64,000 nucleotides of DNA, taken from the IMG/VR virus record IMGVR_UViG_3300025697_003303; one strand, 5' to 3'. The translations under genes were made by a program, and so were the position numbers. This stretch comes from an uncultured virus (IMG/VR IMGVR_UViG_3300025697_003303) (taxonomy: Duplodnaviria > Heunggongvirae > Uroviricota > Caudoviricetes). Shown one piece after another: positions 57,801 to 64,000 of this stretch (the stretch's first letter is position 1; the number at the start of each line of letters is the position of its first letter). Under the pieces are notes generated by a model. That model did no database searches. It worked only from the letters and a program-made list of their open reading frames with translations, and was not told the DNA's origin.

Positions 57801-59776
57801 TCACTATTCCCATATTCATCAAAAATAGGAAAACCTGTTGTAGATCGATATATCCTTATTCTCTTAATTCTCTCGTCTGAAGCATCAAGATCCCATTTCA
57901 AATAAACTTTCCTATCTCCTGCCACTCCCTCAAATCCATAAGGGGCAGACAAAGAAGAAGATAAAGAAGAAACAAGCTCTCTACTTTCTGTATCTATATC
58001 TGGAATAAGAACAGCAATCGACATAGCATCATCGATATTACAAACATTACCACTACTATTCTGAGAGAAAATTCTAAAATATTGGTTTTCACCCAAAATA
58101 AAATTATCTTGGAACGTAGTATAAAAATCTCCATCAGATGTTATAGTATTAAAATATATCTCTTGACCGTCACCTTCGTAAGAAGGAATCCTTATATCGT
58201 TCGATACGATACTAACGATATTACCATTGAAGTTATATATTTCTGGAATCGTAAATTTAAGAACAACTAATCTATCACCATTATCATTTCTAAAAATATT
58301 ATGTTGATCTAGAATATAATCAAAATCTTTCAGATCATTATATATAACGACTTCACATATTTCTCCGAAGAAGCTATCTACATTCGCAACTGCTCCCCTA
58401 TTATATCCTATATCAAAATACATATCTCCTATAGATAAATTAAGAGAACCTAAAATGGCAGACCCTACAGGAGAACCGTTAACGTAAAAAGAAACAGAAC
58501 CATTAGACATATTGATAGAAACATCTATTTTATTCCACTGATTCAAAGTTAAGACATCAATAGAAGATGAGACAATAGCAAAACCAGTATCAAAGGTCAA
58601 ACCTCCATCAGTATTCGTATATAAAGCATAGTTTGCGATTGCTCCATCCTGCCTCATAATAATAGCTTTATTAGACGCAAAATTATAAGGTTTAATCCAA
58701 GAGCTAATAGTTATACTCTCATCTTCTCTTAATTCAAAAGTAGAGGTAACAGACTGTGTAGTTACAGCAGTAGTTTCTCCGTTAAAACGCAAACCTGATT
58801 TACCGAATGGTACGTCATCTGCATTTAACCAAATTGCATTAGACTCTGATACGATTAAATCAGAAGATGAAGTAAAATCATATAAAATTTGACCTTCTGC
58901 TTCATCGAAATGCCAAAGACCCCATACTGTGCTGTCTACAATGACTCCAGATCCTATCAAAATTTCAGAACTAAAGGTTTTTACACCCCTAGGAAGACTT
59001 TCGTCATTAGGAGTTACTTGTATCCTAACTCCATCACTAAACTGATAATTAGTATTGAATGTATAAATACCGTAATAGTATGTTTTATTTGCTTCAATTC
59101 CTAAATCTTGTATGCCATTAGAAATACCATCAAATAATATCTCTCCATCTATAGGATTAGAAGGAAAAGAATCTTCTCTTCTTACAACTCTAATCCCTGC
59201 AAAATTATTAAGAGTATCATTAAATAAGTATTGTTGATAGAATTCGGAGTTTAGAGCACTAAGTTGGTTATTTGATTCTAAATCAGCCGTTACAGAGAGT
59301 TTTATTTTTTGACCCCCAAAGGTAAAGATTTTATACAAAACCTCGGCAGGATAGCTCCCAGATACCTTGCTGACGAACCTCTTAGCTAGGTCATGTCTAA
59401 ATCCACCCTCATCATTCCAAGACATGCTTCCACTCTCATCGAAAAGAATAGACACGATACTATCATTAAAATCAAGACCGATATCGTTAAATCCATATGC
59501 ATCTGCTTGCAGTTTAGTGCCAAATAGCTCTAAATTATCTGGGTTAAAATATGATCTCGTTAAAGTACTCTGTGTTGGAGAAGTTACGTTAATCCTTTGG
59601 TTGCTAGAATCAAAACCTCCAGATTCATCATCTGAGAATATCTTCATAGCATGTTTTTTTGTATTAGTTACATACCAATTCCCAACAGCCCAATCCCCAT
59701 CTATAGAATAATAAAGACAATAATAATTGACTAAATCCCACTCTCCACTATTCGGATCAAATAAACAAATGTTCAT
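51848..59776 (-). CDS. Giant (2642 aa) putative virion/adhesin protein: vWA, FN3-like, LamG and Kelch modules
   Basis: FDESGSM MIDAS; GLWHFDE...TISSWIK...FFGEICEV (LamG); V.LKW..RIYRS..YYYTI (FN3); repeated LYAIGG/IYIFGG..KYD...W (Kelch). Confidence 0.8.
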   Translation of the reverse strand: MNICLFDPNSGEWDLVNYYCLYYSIDGDWAVGNWYVTNTKKHAMKIFSDDESGGFDSSNQRINVTSPTQSTLTRSYFNPDNLELFGTKLQADAYGFNDIGLDFNDSIVSILFDESGSMSWNDEGGFRHDLAKRFVSKVSGSYPAEVLYKIFTFGGQKIKLSVTADLESNNQLSALNSEFYQQYLFNDTLNNFAGIRVVRREDSFPSNPIDGEILFDGISNGIQDLGIEANKTYYYGIYTFNTNYQFSDGVRIQVTPNDESLPRGVKTFSSEILIGSGVIVDSTVWGLWHFDEAEGQILYDFTSSSDLIVSESNAIWLNADDVPFGKSGLRFNGETTAVTTQSVTSTFELREDESITISSWIKPYNFASNKAIIMRQDGAIANYALYTNTDGGLTFDTGFAIVSSSIDVLTLNQWNKIDVSINMSNGSVSFYVNGSPVGSAILGSLNLSIGDMYFDIGYNRGAVANVDSFFGEICEVVIYNDLKDFDYILDQHNIFRNDNGDRLVVLKFTIPEIYNFNGNIVSIVSNDIRIPSYEGDGQEIYFNTITSDGDFYTTFQDNFILGENQYFRIFSQNSSGNVCNIDDAMSIAVLIPDIDTESRELVSSLSSSLSAPYGFEGVAGDRKVYLKWDLDASDERIKRIRIYRSTTGFPIFDEYGNSDGILVFDDDVFKIKYIDRLLSNDTRYYYTISTIDMFGRPSSSSTVSIIPLSGLSESQIPLEDVKNVHYEIVSGSSLKVLWDNFVPKRDISTFFDENIVFYMKMTDQSDNHISRDYTISWEIENASYTYPDDVAEDIFAGDTAVNAPDINELYGLTVTKLDNGLSRGILRLTKDVSLLSNLQSVLLSIRFTVSFEGLEFVYKSRIIQVEWKNKLSFEVENKDSKYVEVVSKQKINALDSQIPSSTANYNGTYATSSSSYISRVYLKDEYLSARSNNTVVSATVYDATVDFDVDEVQPVTGLLSVYSYVNSAIEVVSGTREKRDIYGVLTGETENVTYADISLATPDQAQTVLLYIKVRLRNGSTIVKKKLIVFGNPLVVDIQPNVPLSDGRQILEQTAIVYMLDPDDPKDLSKRTFLPDTATAEWSLTKKDNAIDRIFYSKDNTGDPNGIFSFLNKSVARNVFLGPINNVQIDGSGFEYETHTMNVSVFYDGLTASDSQVIELIPLREKGHRVMSSNLLMEFADLKQKFWSDGIGYATLTISHNAETSTTKYSEPFRQCMTSVGNEIHQLNHGMMIRIDTSDPEVEVIWGDVVEYLDPYLDRWVLNTDNATIDHGAASVNLSQYDNTFVYFRLNRKDTDAEITGFESLRTDCAPIAADKYSLYNNEITVTGHIVSVFDNETLTLTGGGSFGNGLVPTVLVPEESLRIRVVDRRAKNGDDISRIEGVILDGKSINQFILDVSFADTFVPDGTEIDIKIVNHTENSVQAVDSKIKTLTYVDTEVDADRERSYATVELQPLQSNKDIAANIYLTATYSLFDDNIGNIKRTETICLLLRNDSDDWKDQSSSDNIRSIFSVRTDKYDTFTNEWSQSSSMSTARGHLCVESVLDQLYAIGGIGANEILPTVERYNISNDSWMTMTSMPTERMGAMSVVVGTDIYIFGGIQYDKTKNIVYTSRATEKYDAVTDTWSEMESMPLIDIGSIDKVGYGIAFGSATYIPSLNRIYIVSGIRDITDNGSFVDYNDRILHYNISSDEWGYSDAISETEFKTYSRISPLSFVDGNDIVVLSGAFQKIDASLEYYATGFSYNVSSGSLDVINNKFNHMLQPRCFSASAIDGGRVYSIGGFNSNSETLKMFESIENIGGDIPYDVLELGNTTKSKDGGAAAIVSYNGHSHVMYVGGIESGKGNGFLKISIEPYEDGMSLNGNQYLGAKVSAVDDGGNVDVLATVKLAGYLQLSDAEDITLIPESFLPYNVLFDEDEISVIDGESVFSLKPRSDDMIKGVVDEMVFTEGLDNNLYKIVLQSTIVDGFVPETVGTASGGFTSYYGQTLVSIVNDASEAATLSPSCIVPVTSNITIASLNFKSIFSDNVFKIVSAPLYQNNSVSTDILSSNMTVPSVIDHTSSGAVVSSEALTIIDTISEEIPFGSSPLYDSLYTVSTVLNDQSYDANDKIIYTFADNSPNVSTKNYQEAIDAVNDIDNYQEVPLIVGNLSLKNPSVISSSIDRTGSIILDKLSYHTGGQSFSIVSDSFEDDLVCIMTGKTKGSLGYGSAIYTIDFGEVVNLNSANVLFELPANTSGEWRMSASDDGYDYSPYTIYFEPGFDVGFSDLDVRYVKLDMKITSCLTTTNEEVNDGSSTGHPLIEGFGLTYTAVKTDYLFVNEHTVDDNNRQVVSTLDSTDEGEVKFGVSTSASHNWNDFDSGAKPSRPNAGGGVVLPVRNRNIVGIRSESLVNVDNYEFKATYGSWDYESSVTIFDSSNNTISSSSYELHPRDGLVVFSTKMYDNYIIRIQDPSKIRSGFRIDNSDVNTEISFHGFSEMFATEKSIKDYLQGTTPTATSGNVCSDFPWITCNDPTQTTASVFIDSVPGNSCYERVQGTYAYDATLDTVGFVGWWFSRIAANVVLIVIYCKTDQTYYAQIYDRSSDIAVFGADPNECTCVTLENDRFKDISDSTLCCDETSEGVLGDFTLRGVGECSFFNASVNISV

Positions 59777-59843
59777 GAAAAAAATATCTCTTCAAAAATA
59801 TAACTATACTATGTATATTTTCGGTTTTATTTGCTTTAATCCT

Positions 59844-60830
59844 TTATGCTTTTATGGCAGATGGACCATCTGTGTCTTCATCAGAGTCAGTAATTTCCCA
59901 TACAACATATTTGTCATCACTAGAACCAGACGAATATAAAACTAAAGCATAGCTATCGCTAAAAGAAATGGCACGAGAACTGTCTAGAAAATTAAGATTA
60001 AAATTATACCAATCATCAGTTTTTAAATCAGAAATGGTTGTAATATAATCATATATAAACAGAGGTGTAATTGGACGATTATTGCTATCGACTGTATAAA
60101 GTCTAGCATGAATTGTAATATATGGAGCAACAGAAAAATCAGGACCATCACCCGAAACAGCTTCACTAACATCAGATGTTATATAAACCTTATCAATAAA
60201 ACTCCCATCTATAGTTGGATGTATCTCTAATGTATGGAGATTTGTATCATTTATGTCTATTACAAGAGAATTCCACTCCCATGATGCAATAGAAGATAAA
60301 TTATCGATATTTCCTATATCAACATTATCTAAAAAAATGTTTGATCTAAAAGAAACTGTCGATGTTCTAGTTCTTAACCATAATCTATATTGTCCTGACG
60401 AAGAGGCTTGTATCGGATAACTAACAGAAGCATAACTCCCAGTCGCGTCTAAAACATCCACTGATAAATAACCTCCACCACAAAATCCAAGTGTAGTATC
60501 ATCTGCGATTATTTTATTGGTTCCTTGAGACAAAGATGAAAAATTCAGAGAATCAATAGAAACATTATCAGAAAACGAAAAATAACTACTTTCGTTGTTT
60601 AACTTTGGTCTCAAATAAACAGAAGCTTTTGTAGGAATAAAACGGTCATTAACGCTAAATATTTGTGCTAATTTTACAGATTGACTAGACTGACCAGATC
60701 CGCTATAATAAAAACCAGCAATTTGCCAACGATCCGCAGCTTCTACGACTCCATCAGGGACTGGCAATACATCGTCCATTTGGGAGAAGTTTAAAGCAGC
60801 GGCTCTTTTTGATGCAGAGTCAACAGCCAT
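59844..60830 (-). CDS. Putative virion structural protein with beta-sandwich/CBM-like domain
   Basis: 328 aa; GQYRLWLR, W.WN, IDKVYIT. Confidence 0.6.
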   Translation of the reverse strand: MAVDSASKRAAALNFSQMDDVLPVPDGVVEAADRWQIAGFYYSGSGQSSQSVKLAQIFSVNDRFIPTKASVYLRPKLNNESSYFSFSDNVSIDSLNFSSLSQGTNKIIADDTTLGFCGGGYLSVDVLDATGSYASVSYPIQASSSGQYRLWLRTRTSTVSFRSNIFLDNVDIGNIDNLSSIASWEWNSLVIDINDTNLHTLEIHPTIDGSFIDKVYITSDVSEAVSGDGPDFSVAPYITIHARLYTVDSNNRPITPLFIYDYITTISDLKTDDWYNFNLNFLDSSRAISFSDSYALVLYSSGSSDDKYVVWEITDSDEDTDGPSAIKA

Positions 60831-62179
60831 TAACCAGACTCCATCTCACCTTTAGTAAACAACCCTCCAGCATCACTGATGTCTGATTTTTGGTCTATAA
60901 TAGTTTCAGCATCATTATATAACTTAAAAAGATTCGAGTTTTGTTCTTTTCTATTTCTCCAATTCTTATAAAGATAATCTATTTTTGTATTTGTGTCTGC
61001 CGAAACTGGAGGACTTAACTGTCCCGGCTCTCCTCTGTTTGAAGTAAGTGCTAAAGTATCTGCTAATATATCATTAATTTCACTCGCATTAATGTCAACA
61101 CCTAAGCCTGCACCGCTACATATAAACCCATCGCCGAAGAATCCGCCTGCCTCGAAAAACACACCATCAGAAAAAACAGACCTAACGTGCATCCCATACC
61201 CAGAGTTAGTAAAGATAGCCACACCGTCACCTGTCCCACCCGTAATAGTAGCTCCGGTTTCACCTGTAGCGGCAAGTCCTGACCCAGTACCATTTCCTGA
61301 CACAACAAGCCCATCGCCGTCGCCCCCTGTTGAGGTAAACGCTACAGCATCTCCATTACTGGCGTTAATTGTCATGCCAAAGGTTCCTCCATCTATATCG
61401 ACACCGATAACAATAGCATCTATATCAATGCCTATTTGATCGGCATCAATGTCAATACCTGATAGTGCAGCATTGAGATATAAAGCATCTCCACCTGATG
61501 CTTCAAATACTACCGCATCTCCAGTGACACCTGCATTAATATATAATCCATGACCAGAACCATTGCCAACAGCAATAATACCAGAGCCATTGCCTCCATA
61601 TGAGGTGGCTATTAAACCAGTACCAGCAATGCCGTCAAGAGCAAGTCCATCAGTGTTTCCAGCGATAGTCATTCCGGTAGTAGAACCGGAAACATTTAGT
61701 CCAATTCCTCCTGATCCAACGATTGAAGCTCCAACAGTTGAGCCTATAGCACTGAATGCTGTACCAGAGTCATTATCTATATTCAATTCTTTGAGTTTCA
61801 GTGTAGCATTATTCCCATTTGTCAATTCACCGTCAATTTGTGTGACATTCGCAGGCATGGTCGATATGATCGTTCCATTCCACCAGAAAGTTGCACTCGC
61901 CACAACTATATCGTCAATCGCCGGAGCACCAGCAACCTGCTCATATAACGTAACACAAACAGAAGCATCAGATGTCAATGTCGCTGGGACTGTGGCAATA
62001 TACTGATAAGATGCCGCAGGTGTCTCAGTCGAAGTTATGTCATAATTACCCCAATCGGCGGGAACAAATGTCTCATATGCAGCAGCAACATCATCCCAAT
62101 ATTGCCCTGCCTGATTATTTAACACAACGTACATCGTCTTACCTGTTCGGTCATGTCTGTATCCTGGAAAAGTTGCCAT
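60830..62179 (-). CDS. Gly-rich putative tail/fibre protein with beta-helix-like repeats
   Basis: Repeated G(D/H)G(L/V) turns, higher GC. Confidence 0.65.
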   Translation of the reverse strand: MATFPGYRHDRTGKTMYVVLNNQAGQYWDDVAAAYETFVPADWGNYDITSTETPAASYQYIATVPATLTSDASVCVTLYEQVAGAPAIDDIVVASATFWWNGTIISTMPANVTQIDGELTNGNNATLKLKELNIDNDSGTAFSAIGSTVGASIVGSGGIGLNVSGSTTGMTIAGNTDGLALDGIAGTGLIATSYGGNGSGIIAVGNGSGHGLYINAGVTGDAVVFEASGGDALYLNAALSGIDIDADQIGIDIDAIVIGVDIDGGTFGMTINASNGDAVAFTSTGGDGDGLVVSGNGTGSGLAATGETGATITGGTGDGVAIFTNSGYGMHVRSVFSDGVFFEAGGFFGDGFICSGAGLGVDINASEINDILADTLALTSNRGEPGQLSPPVSADTNTKIDYLYKNWRNRKEQNSNLFKLYNDAETIIDQKSDISDAGGLFTKGEMESG

Positions 62180-62180
62180 A

Positions 62181-63722
62181 TTACCTCGCTATCCAGCCGC
62201 CTTTGCTGGCTGCTTTTGTTGCTGTATGAGTGGTTATTTTCGTTGCGTTTATACCACCTGTACTTGTAATCTCAGTGCCACGCCCAATAAGCAATTCAGT
62301 AATAGGAGAAACAGTAGCAGGCCATTCTATCACATTTGTTATGCCAATTGATCGCAGAGTCAGTGCGGTTATTACTGGAGTATCTGCACCTGTGACATTA
62401 CCTTTTATCGTAAACTCTTTACTGTTAGTGTTGAGAGTAGTCACGCCAGCAGACTCGTTGACAACGAGATTCCCGATTAGCGTTGTGTCATCAGTCAGCG
62501 TGAGCGTTGTATTGTTCGTTGCTGTAGATTCAGCCGTAATTGTCGGTACAGTTATTATATCGTTCAAGTTAACGGTCTTGATGTTCGATGTATCGAATGC
62601 TACTGTTATCGTCGTGGTGCCTGCGAATGTTATTCCATTGTCAATGCTGGTTGCATCGACTCCGGCGATTGATCTGATTGTGTTTTCGGAACCAGTAGCA
62701 AGAGTAAGATTGCCGCTACGATCTGTTGATGCTGCTTTTCCCAACGTAATATCGCCACAAGTCAGCGATCCGGTTGAGAATACCGCTCGGCCAACATGGG
62801 AGTTTGCTATCGCCTCTATGTCGAAACCGGCGTTACCGACATCCACCGAACCTGTAAACGTCACCGGTTTATTGTTGTAATTATGAATAGCCAATAACGA
62901 ACATCCGGTGACAGTAAAGGCTTTTTGATTTACACTTGTCAGGTAGTTCACAATATAAATTGACTCTACGGTAAGCGAGTTGACGGTGTCTTGATCAATA
63001 CAATCATCGCCGGAGATCCACCTCATATACAGGGAGGACGACGCACCGCCTGTTGCAATTCCCGGACCCAATGTTATCCTATCCAGATACGATGTGCTTA
63101 AAAATGTCGTTGTTTTACCGGCAGCCGCACAGATAAGTTTCGGATGCCCCTTGAGAGCATAAGCATAGCTTCTCTGCTTAAAGGTTCCAGTTCCGGTGAG
63201 GTTGATGACTAGGTCGGCACCTACGACGCCGTGAACAGCCTCATAGTCGCCGCTAACTGATAATGTAATTGTTTCAACTGTGCCGCTTGAGAAATATGCG
63301 TTTCCGGTGACCACCATTTCGTAGCTGTTTCCTGTCACCGTCCCTCCATCAAGCAGTAAATCGCCAGTAATCGATACCGTACCACCAGCATTATTCGAAA
63401 GCGATCCATCTGTCCCGATATCAAGACTAGTACACGAAAAAACACAATCGTCTATAGTCGCGGTTATGTCATCGAGAGTGATGTTATTAGTTACAGAAAA
63501 AGACTGGTCAGAAAATGCCCATTCAGCGGCAGAACCAACGTCGGCATCTAAACTATCAGCAGACCACGGCACATCACAAGTAACCTTGCCAGAGTTAACA
63601 GTAAGTTGTATCGCATCGCCTAATGTAGGAGCAACATGGTCCTTCGCATCGTCATCAGCAATTGACCACGTTGCATCAGAAAAGTTTTGAGCAGTAGTAT
63701 GTCTTGGATATAATGTAGCCAT
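62181..63722 (-). CDS. Thr/Gly-rich putative beta-solenoid virion protein
   Basis: 513 aa, beta-strand repeat composition, higher GC. Confidence 0.65.
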   Translation of the reverse strand: MATLYPRHTTAQNFSDATWSIADDDAKDHVAPTLGDAIQLTVNSGKVTCDVPWSADSLDADVGSAAEWAFSDQSFSVTNNITLDDITATIDDCVFSCTSLDIGTDGSLSNNAGGTVSITGDLLLDGGTVTGNSYEMVVTGNAYFSSGTVETITLSVSGDYEAVHGVVGADLVINLTGTGTFKQRSYAYALKGHPKLICAAAGKTTTFLSTSYLDRITLGPGIATGGASSSLYMRWISGDDCIDQDTVNSLTVESIYIVNYLTSVNQKAFTVTGCSLLAIHNYNNKPVTFTGSVDVGNAGFDIEAIANSHVGRAVFSTGSLTCGDITLGKAASTDRSGNLTLATGSENTIRSIAGVDATSIDNGITFAGTTTITVAFDTSNIKTVNLNDIITVPTITAESTATNNTTLTLTDDTTLIGNLVVNESAGVTTLNTNSKEFTIKGNVTGADTPVITALTLRSIGITNVIEWPATVSPITELLIGRGTEITSTGGINATKITTHTATKAASKGGWIAR

Positions 63723-63734
63723 TTTTCTTTTTTT

Positions 63735-64000
63735 TTACTCTAACTGAGCGTTGGGAAATCGGGTAACCTGTACGGTAACAGAGTAGCGTCTATCCACGAC
63801 TGGTTCAGAAGTGCCATTCTGCTGAAGCGAAGTCACACAAAGTTCTCTAGCTTGAGCTATCAGTGCATTCGCAGCCGCTGCATTCGCAGGAGTAGCCTCA
63901 AAATATACAGTAGTGAATTTATTACCTTCAGCAGGATAGAATGTCGCCCGATCACGATTTTTAACATATCGAGAAGAGGCGGGAATTGTTTCTAGTTCTG
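63735..64000 (-). CDS. Hypothetical protein, partial (start beyond window)
   Basis: Open frame ...ELETIPASSRYVKNRDRATF...FPNAQLE* ends just upstream of the 63722 ATG. Confidence 0.6.
   Translation of the reverse strand, partial: ELETIPASSRYVKNRDRATFYPAEGNKFTTVYFEATPANAAAANALIAQARELCVTSLQQNGTSEPVVDRRYSVTVQVTRFPNAQLE

Noticed and set aside
599..63690. Many plus-strand ORFs in the track (e.g. 599..1195, 24590..25051, 26100..26537, 62230..62880)
   Set aside because: They are antisense shadows of well-supported minus-strand genes, with no motifs. Only neuB is accepted on the plus strand.

Overview
AT-rich, gene-dense window with nearly all real genes on the minus strand. It is most consistent with a jumbo/huge bacteriophage genome (inference from gene mix, divergent replication proteins, inteins and large structural proteins). 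It has four parts. (1) 1-16.4 kb: glycosylation cluster (GT2/GT4 paralogs, methyltransferases, NeuB/KdsC/NeuA nonulosonate pathway, two Maf/DUF115-like transferases, WbpB-like dehydrogenase) plus def, amrS and two DUF1257 genes. (2) 16.4-47 kb: replication/recombination module (UvrD, PD-(D/E)XK nuclease, split primase, RecA, SSB, DnaE, DnaB, loader, AAA ATPase, IF3, two DNA methyltransferases, SF2 helicase). (3) 47-52 kb: accessory genes. (4) 52-64 kb: large putative virion proteins. The main highlights are: a helicase intein carrying a homing endonuclease gene in the -1 frame with its own AGGAGG-ATG while the intein frame stays open; a naturally split intein in the AAA ATPase with an HNH remnant between the halves; two covarying IscB-type omega-RNAs with no intact IscB, one ahead of an IscB-methyltransferase fusion; an ATT-initiated IF3 gene plus two more genes that appear to need ATT starts; and a vWA domain apparently split by about 1900 residues. 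No tRNA, rRNA or CRISPR array was recognised. All family calls come from visual motif recognition, not database searches.
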